NCBI RefSeq assembly: GCF_018977255.1
Contig: NW_024704743.1
Span: 1,922,001-1,986,000 of the forward strand
Source of the DNA: Callorhinchus milii
Taxonomy: Eukaryota
Direction: 5' to 3'
Length of the DNA: 64,000 bases
Notes under the pieces: generated by a model
What the model was told of the DNA's origin: nothing
Seen by the model: the letters and a program-made list of their open reading frames with translations, nothing else
Database searches by the model: none
Shown: positions 22,354 through 34,955 of the stretch, piece by piece
Numbering within the stretch: position 1 is the first letter of the stretch
Layout of the letters: each line of letters begins with the position of its first letter
Translations under genes and position numbers: made by a program

Positions 22354-23106
22354 ACAGGTATAGTCCTTACCGACATTCTGGTGCAGCGCCTTTCACATCA
22401 GAGGCGCGTCCCAAAGCCTTTCACAGGATATACTGTGAAGTGTGTTCCGCCCACAAAATACACAGTCACTACGCTTGGCAATACGTTCTGCGAAGCGCTT
22501 TTGAGACGCCTCGAAGACGCGATCAGGTGCCGGATCAAATGCGAGGCTTATTATTATTATATTTAACTGGAGCGTGACGAACGCAGCAGTCAGTTTGCTC
22601 ACAGCAGTGTCTGGCCAACAGCCACAAAGGGAATTGCCAATTTTATCTGGGAATGTTGTGGCCAGGGACCAGGAGAAACTCTCCCTACTCTCCCTTCACG
22701 TTGAGCCATCAAGGGAGTTGGGGGGGGGGGGGGGGGAGGTGGGGAGGGGGTGGGGGGAATGTTACGACAGTGAAGGTAGGGGTTTCACCACCAGAGACAG
22801 TCGGTCCACCTTCTGGGAACTGACCTTTCTTGTCTGGTTGGAGTTCTGCACTGCAGTGGGAAGTTGTAAGTGTGACGTTGAACCGCCCTCTTCACAAAAA
22901 AAAAACGATTTCCAGTCCCTGTTCAAACGTGGCTCCTTCCTCTTCGGGGCGTGAAGTGCCGAATACTCAATAGGACGTGGGGGACACTGTTCGATATCAT
23001 CCACGTCTCGAGAGGAGAACACATACAGGATAAAAGAGAAGCTCATTGGGTTTGAGAAATTTAACCCTGAACAATAATAATAATCCTGGCGTTTGATAAT
23101 TTAGGA

Positions 23107-23640
23107 TCACAGAATATTTCGGCGCAGAAGGAGGCCATTCGGCCCATCGTGCCTTCGGAAGAGCCACCCGATCAGCCCCACACTCCCCCCACCCCACTCT
23201 CTCTCCACATCCTTGCAAATGCTTCCTCTTCGAGTCCTTATCCAAATCCCTTTTGAAAGTTGTTGTTGAATCGGTTTCCACCCCCTGTCGGGCCGTGGGA
23301 TCCAGACTGTAACCACTCTCCTGGGAAAAAAAATGTCTCCTCATCTCCCCTCTGGTTCTTTGTCCAGTTATCCTAAACCTGGTTACTGACCCACCCTCCA
23401 GTGGACACAGTTTCTCCCCGATCTACTCTCCAAACCCCTCATAATTTTGAGCAGCTCTATTAAATCTGCTCTTAACCTTCTCTGCTCTAAGGAGAACAAT
23501 CCCAACATCTCTGGTTCTCTCCACGTAACTGAGGTCCCTCATCCCTGGTACCATTCTGGTAAATCTCCTCTGGTCCCTCTCCAAGGCTTTGGTATCCTTC
23601 CTAAAGTGTGGTGCCCAGAAAAGAACACAATATTTCAGCT
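23107..23640 (-). mobile_element. CR1 LINE 3' fragment (RT C-terminal region plus 3' UTR)
   Basis: Minus-strand translation LKYCVLFWAPHFRKDTKALERDQRRFTRMVPGMRDLSY matches the CR1 ORF2 motif; tail GGGCCGAATGGCCTCCTTCTG. Confidence 0.85.
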
Positions 23641-24304
23641 ATAGTTCACATCGGGAGGATGTCTAAAAGCGTTTCACAGGATTCTCTATAAAGTGTGGTG
23701 ACTGTGTATATTATAGGCAAAGGCAGCAGCCAATTTGTTTACAGCAATGTCCCACTAACAGCCCTGAAGTTACATTAAAGTTACATTAATAATAATAATC
23801 CTTGCATTTGATGTAGTGCCTGATCACGTCATCGGGATGTCTCAAAGCGCTTCACGGAATATACACTGTAACGTGGAGTGACTGTATTTTGTGGGTGAAA
23901 CGTGGCAGCCAATTGCGCACAGCAGCGTCCCCACAAACAGCCGTGGGAGACTTGCCTCAGGAATCGACCCCGGATCCTCTCGCTGGCGAGGCAAGTGCTC
24001 CAACCATTACGCTACAGGACTCCACCTATCAAGGAAATAATCCAACAAGCTCTTCCAGTGCTGCCACCAACAGAGGGATTAATAATAATAATAATAATAA
24101 TAATAACAATCCTGACATTAGATACAGCGCCTTATCACGTCTTCGAGACGTCTCAAAGCGCCTCACGGGATAACACTGAATCGAACCGAACTGCGTGTTT
24201 TGAGATCGTGGTGAAGTTCAATTTTATTCGATATGAGTTGCCCCCCCACCCCCCCCCCATCCACCCCAATAAGGTCATGTATTGGGTGGGACATAAACCC
24301 TTTG

Positions 24305-24470
24305 ACAAAACACTGCAGAGGCTGGAAACCCGAAACAAAAAACCAGGAGTCGCTGGGAACGCTCAGCAGGTCAGGCAGCATCTACTGGGGGAGAAAGGAC
24401 CCCAAACACGTTGACCGGCTTTCCTTCCTCCCCATAGATGCTGCCTGACCCGCTGAGCGTTCCCGACCAG
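24305..24470. mobile_element. Two inverted Penelope-like terminal-repeat fragments
   Basis: Arms 24355-24384 and 24435-24464 are reverse complements (29/30). Confidence 0.65.
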
Positions 24471-24620
24471 CGTTCCCAAACGCCGGAGGAGTTTCTCTGG
24501 TCCTTTGGCCCCACCAACAGGAAGGAGATGTCATTGCACAGTCTGGCAATGGAAATCGACCGGGGAAGCAAACCCGACGGCGCGTTGTTCACAGCGAAGA
24601 GGAACATAGCGGGCACGGAG

Positions 24621-24655
<35 letters not shown>

Positions 24656-24765
24656 CCGTTCCCTTTCGTGGGATCTCTGTGTTTTGCTCGCAGAGCGAAT
24701 CGAGATCCGCAAAGCCACTTTCAAACAAAAAAAAAGCCTCCACTTGATCCCAACACTCGATCAGC

Positions 24766-25237
24766 GGAGTCCCTGGAGCTCAGGGGTTAGAGCCCTCGCC
24801 TCGCGAGCGAGAGGACCCGGGTCCGATTCCCGGGCAGGTCAGGGCGAGACCTTGGGCAAGTTTCCTCACTCCACACACACACACACACACACGCGCACAC
24901 GCACACACACACGCACACACACGCACACACACGCGCGCCTCTGTTTACCGGCAGTCAGTAGGAATCAGCCTGGTTGTTAGTCGATTGGGGGATGGCTTTT
25001 CCGGGCAGTAATAATCCCTTGAAAACAATCTTTTTAAAAAAAATTATTTGGTCAACTGAATTCACGGCTGTTTGTGGGGACACTGCTGTGCGCCATCGGC
25101 TGCTGCGTTTCGCCCACAAAACACACAGTCAATTCACTTTACAGTGTGTCCTGTGAAGCGCTTTGAGACGTCTCAACAACATGATAAGGCGCTGTATCAA
25201 ATGCAAGGATTATTGTTATTATTATTATTATTATTAT
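24766..25237 (+). mobile_element. Young DeuSINE, full length, expanded internal (CA)n
   Basis: Head, body and tail all present. Confidence 0.88.
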
Positions 25238-25812
25238 GTACCAGATTCCTGCCTTCCAGAGTAACTTTACCAGGGACAAAGGGGGAAGAAGGTTGGACGG
25301 AGAAGGGAATACAGAGAGAGCAAAGGTGACCCACCTCAGCAAAACAAAGGCACAAATACAATTAACAAAAGCAATTTCAACAAATGAATACAGAAAAGCC
25401 TTTCACGTGGAGCAGGAAGGTTTTGCACCCGCATTCCCCACACTCCCCCCACCCCCCGCACCCTCTCCTGCCCCCCCACCCCACCCTCTCCTGCCCCCCC
25501 ACCCCACCCTCCCCCCCAAAAAAAGTTAGCGATTTCACATTTATTGCTCGGAATAAAATAAAATTCCTAGCGATTGCTAAGGACATTTCAATTGCTAAAA
25601 TTGCTAAGAATAAATAAGGAATAAATAAGAATAAATAGTACCCAACATACCCTCCCCCTCCCCACCCCCCCCACACACACACAGGCGCATACACACACTC
25701 CTCCCCGTTTTAAAATCAAACGTGTCGTTAAACTGATGAGATAAGGAGACAAGTGTCCAACGGAGATCGCAGTTGGAGGTAAACCTGTGAGACGCAAAGG
25801 GAAGGAGTCAAT

Positions 25813-25847
<35 letters not shown>

Positions 25848-26127
25848 GGATTCTCTTGTTAAATAGGGAACGAGAGCTCCTGGGGAGTGAGGCGAAGAGA
25901 AGAGGGCTCTCTACATATCATAATAACAATAATAACCATAATAATAATCCTCGCATTTGATATAGCGCCTTATCACATCTTTGAGACGTCTCAAAGATAA
26001 GCGAGTTGGCTGGGCTTTTTTTTGACTCTCAAGTGAAATCCCTGCTTCCCCCCCACCCCTCTCTCTCTCTCTCCCCCTTCCTCCTCCTCCTCCTCCTCCT
26101 CTTCTCTGTCTCCCTGCACTTTAACAC

Positions 26128-26163
<36 letters not shown>

Positions 26164-26469
26164 GTGATTGCATATTACAAGCTTGTTGCTCTGCTCGGAA
26201 AGAGACTGACTTGCCTCCCTGACTGACCGACCGACCGACCGACCGACTGACTGAGGGCACAAGAGGCAGGTAATGATTTATAAGGCGTAACAAGGATCTT
26301 CGGCAAGTGAGGACACACTCGCTCGCTCGCTCGCTCGCTCACTCGCTCACAGTCAGCTCTGAAATATTTAGCTGTCTGTCGTTTTTGCTTCCAGATTGAT
26401 TTTTTTTTCAAGATGCAACTCACTTGTTTTAATCTCCTCTTATGCATTGGCCGTCGTGTGTGTTATATC

Positions 26470-27780
26470 TATACGTGTCTTAGTCTGTGTGTGTGTGTGT
26501 GTCTCTGTATGTGCCTTAGTGTGTGTGTGTGTCTCTGGGTGCGTGCTTCCCTCTCTGTAAGTGTCTCTTTGTCCGGTGTGCGTCCTTCTCTCTCCGTATC
26601 TGTTAGTGTGTGGCTCTCTCTCTGTATCTGTCTTTTTGTGTGTGTGCGCGTCTCTATCTGTATGTGTCTCTTAGTATGTATGTCTTTCTCTCTCTGTATG
26701 TGTTTCTTTGTGTGCGTGACTCTCTCTGTGCCTCTTAGTGTGTGTGTGTGTGTCTCTCTCTGTATATCTTAGTGTGTGACTCTCTCTCTGTGTCTCTTAG
26801 TGTGTGTTCCTATCTCTCTCTCTATATCTTCCCTTAGTGTGTCTATCTCACTCTCTGTATCTCTGTATCTCTTAGTATGTGTCTCTCTCTTTCTGTATCT
26901 CTTATGTGTGTGTGTGTCTCTCTCTTTATGTCTCGGTGTGTGTGTGTCTCTCTGTATCTCTCAGTGTGTATGTCTCTCTCTATCTCTTTAGTGTGTGTGT
27001 GTCTCTCTGTATCTTAGTGTGTGTGTGTGTCTCTCTCTTCCTGTATCGTAGTGCGTGTGTCTCTCTCTGTCTGTGTGTCATAGTGTGTCTCTCTCTCTCT
27101 CTGTATCTTAGTGTATGTGTGTGTGTGTCTCTCTCTGTGTATCTTTGTGTGTGTCTCTGTGTATCTTAGTGTATGTGTGTCTCTCTGTGTATCTTAGTGC
27201 GTGTGTCTCTCTGTGTATCTTAGTGTATGTCTCTCTCTCTCTCTGCATCTTAGTGTATGTGTCTCTCTGTGTATCTTAGTGTATGTGTCTCTCTCTCTCT
27301 GTATCTTAGTGTGTGTGTGTCTCTCTCTCTGTATCTTAGTGTGTGTGTGCTCTCTGTGTATCTTAGTGTATGTGTCTCTCTCTGTATCTTAGTGTATGTG
27401 TGTCTCTCTCTCTGTATCTTAGTGTATGTGTCTCTCTCTCTCTGTATCTTAGTGTATGTGTGTCTCTCTGTGTATCTTAGTGTATGTCTCTCTCTCTCTC
27501 TGTATCTTAGTGTATGTGTCTCTCTCTCTCTGTATCTTAGTGTGTGTGTGTCTCTCTGTGTATCTTAGTGTATGTCTCTCTCTCTCTCTGTATCCTAGTG
27601 TATGTGTGTGTCTCTGTGTATCTTAGTGTATGTGTCTCTCTCTCTGTATCTTCGTGTGTGTGTCTCTGTGTATCTTAGTGTATGTCTCTCTCTCTCTGTA
27701 TCGTAGTGTATGTGTCTCTCTCTTTGTATCTTCGTGTGTGTGTCTCTGTGTATCTTAGTGTATGTCTCTCTCTCTGTATA
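26470..27780. repeat. Compound minisatellite (TATCTTAGTG + (TG)n + (TC)n units) upstream of HTR5A
   Basis: Dozens of recurrences of tgtatcttagtg separated by variable TG/TC runs. Confidence 0.9.
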
Positions 27781-27830
27781 AGTGGCTGTTTTGTTATGCC
27801 TTGTGCACTCATAAAGGATTGAGATCTTTA

Positions 27831-27866
<36 letters not shown>

Positions 27867-28456
27867 CGTTTAGATTAAAGCCACTCTACTGAATGAAGGC
27901 TTCGCCGAACCCGCCCGCAAAGCCCATCGAGCCGGGCAGAACATCCCCAGTGGACGGTCAAATGGAGTGAGCGCACACGCAGAGAGAGACAGAGAGAGAG
28001 AGAGTGAGAGCGAGAGGCAGAGGGAGAGAGGGAGCGAGAGAGGGATCTGTGATTCACCATCTGTCAACATGCGCATTTGAGAACAAGTCTGTGCATTCGC
28101 TGAAGCCAATCCAAGAGGAAGAAAACGAAAGGATAATAATAACAACAAGAATCATAACAATAATAATCCTCGCCTTCGATACAGCGCCTCGTCACGTCCT
28201 CGAGACGCCGCGAAGCTCTCCGCGAGGATACTCCGTGAAGCGGAGAGCGACTGTGTGTTTGTTTGCGGGCAAAACGCGGCAGCCAAACCGCGCGTACGGG
28301 CTGCCATGTCCTGCGTGCGAAGGGCGGTGGATTGAGTGACCGTGTTTTTTTGGGGAGGGGTTGGGCGGGGGGGCGGAGAGAGAGAGAGAGAGCGTGGGGG
28401 GTGGTAAGGGAGGGAGGGAGGGAGGGAGGGAGGGAATTCGCATCGCGTTGAAGGTC

Positions 28457-29149
28457 ATGGATGCGTCCAACGCCACAGGTTGGAGCAACCGAAGTGAGGC
28501 GGTGGGAGATCTCCTGGAGAAGCCCCTGTCCGTGGTGGGTGTGCTGGTGTTGACCCTGTTAGCCGGGCTGGTGGTCGCCACCTTCCTTTGGAACCTGCTG
28601 GTTCTGTTCACCATCCTGAGGGTCAGGACGTTCCACCGGGTCCCGCACAACCTGGTGGCCTCCATGGCCATGTCTGACGTGATGGTGGCCGCCCTGGTCA
28701 TGCCCCTCAGTTTGGTTCACGAGCTGAACGGGCGGCGCTGGAGGCTGGGCAAGGCCCTGTGCCAGGTCTGGATCTCGTTCGACGTCCTGTGCTGCACGGC
28801 CAGCATCTGGAACGTGACCGCCATCGCCCTGGACCGCTACTGGTCCATCACCAGGCACCTGGAGTACACGCTCAGAGCCAGGAAGAAGGTCTCCAACATG
28901 ATGATCGTGCTGACCTGGCTCCTCTCGGCTGTCATCTCGCTCTCCCCGCTCTTCGGCTGGGGCAAGACCTACTCCGAGCGGGACCAGCGATGTCAAGTCA
29001 GCCAAGAGCCATCGTACACCATCTTCTCCACCTTCGGGGCTTTTTACCTGCCGCTCTGTGTCGTGCTGTTTGTGTACTGGAAGATCTACAAAGCCGCAAA
29101 GTTTCGAATTGGATCGCGAAGGACTAACACCATTACCCCGATGCCTGAG
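28457..29149 (+). CDS. HTR5A: 5-hydroxytryptamine receptor 5A, coding exon 1 (N-terminus to ICL3; TM1-TM5)
   Basis: ATG in gtcATGg context; N-glycosylation sequons NAT and [42 protein letters not shown] motifs; GTACGC donor in phase 0. Confidence 0.95.
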
Positions 29150-30910
29150 GTACGCGCGTGATACCACCATCATCGTCATCGTCATCATCATTTGATACAG
29201 CGCCTCACCGTGTCTTCGAGACGACTCAAAGCGCTTCACAGGATATACTGTAAAGTGAATTAACTGTGTTTTGTGGGCCGAACGCGGCAGCTAATTGCGC
29301 ACAGCAGCGTCCCCACAAACAACCGTGGGTTGAGTGACCAAATTATTATGATTATTATTTTTTGAAGGGATTATTACCCTCAGAAAAGTGATCCACCAAT
29401 CGACTAACAACCGGGTTCCTACTGACTGCCGGTAAACAGAGGCGCGCGTGTGTGTGGAGTGAGGAAACTTGCCCAATGTCTCGCCCCGACCAATACACAT
29501 GCCTGATACATACAGTTCATATAAACAGTCACCATATATACACGTATGTATATTGCAATCATAATATATACATCACAAAGTATACAGTTACTCCACTTTA
29601 CAGTATATCCCATGAAGTGCGTTGACACTGTCCTGATGGAGAGATGGAAAGGACGTTTGCTGGAAGTGAGCTGATGCCACAGCTGATTAACATGTACATA
29701 TACAAGACTTACATAGAAGCTTTTATTGGAAGTTTGCGCTTCTGGAAAGCTCCAAAAAACATTTTTATTGCAAAAACTGCAAACCTCTGCTTGGATCTAT
29801 GGAATCCTGGAGCTCAGGGGTTAGAGCCCTCGCCTCGCGAGCGAGAGGACCCGGGTTCGATTCCCGGGCAGGTCAGGGCGAGACATTGGGCAAGTTTCCT
29901 CGCTCCCCACACACACACACATGCGCGCCATAGATACATATAGACATAGTGCATTACACACACTAAATACATGCGTGATACATGTACACACAAAACAATA
30001 AATACACAAACAGGCACTATCCACGCCACATATGTGCATGTGTTTTGCCCACAAAATACGCAGTCACTGCACGTTACGCCTTACGCTTTACTGTGAAGCG
30101 CTTTGAGACATCTCAACGACGTGGTAAGGCGCTACGTCAAATGCAAGCATTATTATTATTAATATTAATATTATTATTATTATTATTAAGAACGCAAACA
30201 GAGTAATAATCCTTGCAGTTGATACACTGGCTTTATCTGGTCTCCGAGGCTACTCAGAGCGCTTCACGAGATATACAGTGCAGTGATACGCAGTGGCCGT
30301 GTGTATTTGTTCGGGAGAAATACATACAAATATGCTCCCCGCCCTCACCCCCACCCGCACACGTGAAACAGACACCCAACCCACATGCACATGCGCTCGT
30401 TATTGTTACAGCGACTTGCATGTATGCTGCGCCCCCTCACGCAGGGTAGGGTCCTGGAGCACGATGCTGAGCCGGGGGTGGGGGGGGGGGGAGTGGGGGA
30501 AGGGGAGGAGGTGACCCTTAAGGCACTAGTCGAAGTGGGAGAGGGGGGGTGGGGCGGTGGGGGAGAGGCGGAGGGATGGAGGGAGAGTCTTCGGGGCGTT
30601 GTGGCTTAAAGCGTGGGGGTCGATTGTGGAATGGAGGTGGTGGTGGCGGGGGGGGAGAGGGAGGGCGAGGGAAAAGCAGGAGGCCGGAGCCAGGTGGGGG
30701 GGTTGGTTGGGGTGGGGTGGGGGGGCGGAGGGCGGGTAAGCAGGTCTGTAGGACAGTAAGCAATCTCTCTCTCTGTCTCTCTCTCTCTCTTGTCCTGAAC
30801 GTGGTCCTTTCCTCACATCCTCCCCCAACTCCACCCCTCTCCCTCACCCCTCCCAACCCCGACCCCCTCTCCCCCTCTCCCCCTCCTCCTTTCGGACCTT
30901 CTTGTCTTAG

Positions 30911-31243
30911 GCGAAGGAGACATCCCACCAGCCCCGGATGGTGTTCACGGTCAGACACGCCACCGTGACCTTTCAGACGGACGGGGACACCTGGAGGGAG
31001 CAGAAGGAGAAGAAGGCGGCGCTGATGGTGGGGATCCTGATCGGAGTCTTCGTGCTCTGCTGGATCCCCTTCTTCATCACCGAGCTGATCAGCCCCCTGT
31101 GCTCCTGCAGCATTCCCCCCGTCTGGAAAAGCATCTTCCTGTGGCTGGGCTACATCAACTCCTTCTTCAACCCTCTCATCTACACGGCCTTCAACAAGAA
31201 CTACAGCAACGCCTTCAGGAACCTCTTTTCCAGGCCACGGTGA
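30911..31243 (+). CDS. HTR5A: 5-hydroxytryptamine receptor 5A, coding exon 2 (ICL3, TM6, TM7, C-terminus)
   Basis: Long pyrimidine tract and TAG acceptor; [22 protein letters not shown]...CWIPFF...[12 protein letters not shown]...stop. Total 341 aa. Position next to PAXIP1 supports 5A over 5B. Confidence 0.95.
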   Translation, partial: AKETSHQPRMVFTVRHATVTFQTDGDTWREQKEKKAALMVGILIGVFVLCWIPFFITELISPLCSCSIPPVWKSIFLWLGYINSFFNPLIYTAFNKNYSNAFRNLFSRPR

Positions 31244-31834
31244 CCTAACGGGAGTCTAAGTTTCTGACGTCTGTTGGAGTATTTTGCCTGAGGTCTCTGA
31301 GCAGGAAACAGTCCACACCATCTCCTCGGGACCCTCGCTCACCTTTTTTCGAGTACCGCCTGAAAACTCCCTCCCCCCCCCCCCCCCCACAACCTGTATA
31401 TTTTGTGGGCGAGACGTTGTAAGCGTTGGATTGCAAGAAAAAATAAGAAGGAAAATCACCCTTTGTCACTCTCCACACCCCCCCCTCCCCTCCCCTACCA
31501 CCCTCCCACCCCCACCACCTCTCCCCCCCCTCCTCTCCTCTCCTCTCCCCTCTCCCCCGCCTCCCCATCTCCCCACTCCAGCAAAAGTCTGGCCTCCAAT
31601 CAACACGTTTTGTAAACATCTTCAGGGGGAAATTTTCTTTTAGGAAATCACATTATGGGAAAGATTGGGTTGGTCCATAGGTGGTTCGGGACTTATGTGC
31701 AAGTGGCTGTCAGGAAGGTGGGAGGAGAACTAGATGGACCTTGGTCTGTTTTTTCATCCAACATTTCTTATGTTCCTATTATGTTCTTAATCAATTCTCG
31801 ACTGATTTTCTCTTCACTGCTGACTCTGGGTCGA

Positions 31835-31836
<2 letters not shown>

Positions 31837-31927
<91 letters not shown>

Positions 31928-31992
31928 ACACACATGCATACATACATACACACACACACACACACATACACACACATACAGACACACACACA
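31837..31992. repeat. (TCTG)n followed by (CA)n microsatellites
   Basis: Directly visible. Confidence 0.95.
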
Positions 31993-33424
31993 CAGCAGAT
32001 AATGATAATAAAATTCTGTGCCTCATTGACCACAGTTTCAACCCCACCTTCCGACCTCCGAGCATTTGTTCCACAATAAAGTCGAGTCACTAAAGTTGAG
32101 AGTGGAAGAGCAATATTTCTATTTTTCCCCGAGATTCATGTACAGACCATCTCTGACCCATATTACTGTCAAACATTTGTACCACTTATTCTGAAGTAAC
32201 GTAGCTTTGTTTGTAGCTATCAGAAACACCTTACTAAATAAAGCACACACGCAGGTGTAGACACAGAAATACATTCATTCATAGATAATAATAATAATAA
32301 TCCTTGCATTTGATACAGCGTCTTATCACGTCTGCGAGACATTTCAGAGCCCTTCACAGGATCTCCTGTAAAGGTAATTGACAGTGTATTTTGCGGGCGA
32401 GATACATACGTATATGCACAATTCTCATTGTAAATAATAATTATAATACTCTATAATGCTCCTTTTCTCCTAAGTAAGTCCCCAGGGTGTTTGTTATACC
32501 AAGGTCAGCCTGTATCCCTGCTTTTGCTATAGCGCCTTTCACGTCAGGAGGAATCGCAAAACACTTTGCAAGATTTACTACAACCCTCAGTGACTGGGTG
32601 TATTTTGTAGGCGAAGGCGGCAGCCAATTTGTGCGCAGCAATGTCTCACAAACAGCCAGGAAATGAGTGAATGACTGAAATAAAACAGCAATGACTCGCA
32701 TTTATGCAGCACCCGTCACTCAGAATGGAGTCTCGGAACGATAACACGTCATATTGAAAGGATAATTCAATCGGGAACGTGAATGGACATGGAGAGGAAG
32801 CAGCCTGGGATAACACCCATAAAATATGGATCGGAGAAATCCTTCAATCGCTGTCGTTTTATTTTTACTCGATCAATCGTAACAGGTTGTCACCGTTTTA
32901 CAACAATAACAATCCTGGGGTTTGACACAGCGCCCGATCACGTCTTCGAGAAAGCGCTTCACAGGATACCCCGTCACGTGAATTCGCCAAACTCTCTGAA
33001 CTGCTAAGAAAATAAGAGGCAATCTTGGATCCGGATGGAATCTGTTCCTCTCTGCAAACACATGTTTTACTGACGGGACAGATATATATATATATATATA
33101 AACGCATGCTCTGTTCCTCAGAATTTATTCACAAATATTTGACCGCCGCTCGGAACCTGTATTTCTGTTGATATCTTACGAGTAAATAGATTTATTTTAA
33201 AAAAAAGTCATTTGTGTTTTTCATTTGTGTCTCACCCGGTTAATGGAGCTGGTGATAATTGGAGTGGAAACTTGCGGTGTTTCTTAACCCATTCCTTGTG
33301 TTAATTAGCACACAGGAAGGGTGAGAGACACTGCAGATTGTGGCCGCCCACCTCAGGCCTGGGAATCGAAACTAATCTATCTGGCGCCTCTGGCTCACCA
33401 AGATGATATCCAAGCAGCTCGCTC

Positions 33425-34245
33425 GATATAATAATACAATAATAGCCCTGGCATTTGATACAGCGCCTTATCATGTCTTCGAGACGTCTCAAAGTGCTTG
33501 ACAGGATAGATCGTAAAGTGTAGTGACTGTGTGTTTCGTGGGCGAATCGCGGCAGCCAATTGCGCACAGCGGCGTCCCACAAACAGCCGTGGATTGAGTG
33601 ACCGAATGATTATTATTATTTATTTTTAAGCATTTATTACCTCTGGAAAAGCGATCCGCCAATGGACTAACAACCGGGTTCCTACTGACTGCCGGTAAAC
33701 AGAGGCGTGTGTGTGTGTGTGGGTGTGTGTGGGTGTGTGTGTGTGTGGGTGTGTGTGGGTGGGTGAGTGTGGGTGGGTGTGTGTGTGGGTGTGTGTGGGT
33801 GGGTGGGTGGGTGTGGGTGTGGGTGTGTGTCTGTGTGTGGGTGGGTGGGTGGGTGGGGGTGTGGGTGTGGGTGTGTGTGTGTGTGTGGGTGGGTGTGGGT
33901 GGGTGTGTGTGTGTGTGTGGGTGGGTGTGTGTGGGTGTGTGTGGGTGTGTGTGGGTGTGGGTGTGTATGTGGATGGGTGGGTGGGTGTGTGGGTGGGTGT
34001 GTGTGGGTGTGTGTGGGTGGGTGTGTGGGTGTGTGTGGGTGGGTGTGTGTGTGGGTGTGTGTGTGTGGGTGTGTGGGTGGGTGTGTGTGTGGGTGTGTGT
34101 GTGTGTGGGTGTGGGTGTGGGTGTGGGTGTGTGTGGGTGGGTGTGTGGGTGGGTGGGTGTGTGGGTGTGTGTGTGTGGGTATGTGTGTGGGTGTGTGTGT
34201 GTGGAGTAAGGAAACTTCCCCAATGCTTCGCCCTGACCTGCCCAG
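33425..34245 (-). mobile_element. Young DeuSINE whose internal (CA)n has expanded to a ~500-bp (GT/GGGT)n tract (33706-34203)
   Basis: SINE sequence AAACAGAGGC| and |GGAGTAAGGAAACTT flanks the tract on both sides. Confidence 0.85.
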
Positions 34246-34850
34246 GAATGTTTGTGGGACATTACTGTGAGCGATTGACTGCCGCGTTTCTCTCACTTAA
34301 AGTACAGTCAACCCACTTTGCAATGCTATTAATACGCCTGATAATAACCCCTCCAAAAAACAAAACAGCAATAACTTGGTCATTTTCAACCCACGGCTGT
34401 TTGTGGGGGACACTGCTGTGCGCAATTGGCTGCGCAATTGGTTTCGCCCACAAATATACGGTCAATTCATTTTACAGTATATTCTGTGAAGCGCTGTGGG
34501 ACGCCTCGGAGACGTGAAAAGCGCTATATCCAATGCGAGGATCATTATTATTGCTATTATGACCCGGGAATCGAACCCGGGTCCTCTCGCTTGCGAGGCG
34601 AGTGCTCCAACCCCTGAGCTCCGGGACTCCACGAGGGGTGCAATAGGGCGAGAGCAGGACTCGAGCCCGTTACCTGGGCAGTGGTGGGGAGAGCCCGTGT
34701 ACGCTGGCAAACACGGTTTTGCATGAGAGGTTACAACAGGTGAGGAGAGCAATCTGTGTCAGTCAGGAGATGCTTAACCGAGTGCTGTTGTAGCCTTAGC
34801 AACCGACGGGATGCTGTGAAGCAAAGCCGACAGCACTCTCCTCTACGCAA

Positions 34851-34955
34851 GAGGTGTTCAGAATGATGAAAGGATTCGAGAGGATAAATGGCGAGGGACT
34901 ATTTCCGCTGGTTGATGATTCAAGGACAAGAGGCCATGAATTTAAGATTATAACT
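34851..34955 (+). mobile_element. CR1 ORF2 fragment
   Basis: EVFRMMKGFERINGEGLFPLVDDSRTRGHEFKI, a CR1 C-terminal motif. Confidence 0.75.

Noticed and set aside
22920..23046. Candidate PAXIP1 exon 1 (RDVDDIEQ resembling VGDIDPQ)
   Set aside because: No VKYY-like motif and no splice donor at the required position; chance similarity.
28522..28542. REST/RE1-like motif CTGTCCGTGGTG in the HTR5A CDS
   Set aside because: Only about 14 of 21 positions match, and the CTGAA end of the motif is absent.
28559..29239. 226-aa antisense ORF over HTR5A exon 1
   Set aside because: Shadow ORF of a GC3-rich coding exon; it starts inside a SINE.
33489..34517. Long HT-rich and VC/VG-rich ORFs (also at 26413-27568 and 21474-21950)
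   Set aside because: Translations of simple repeats.
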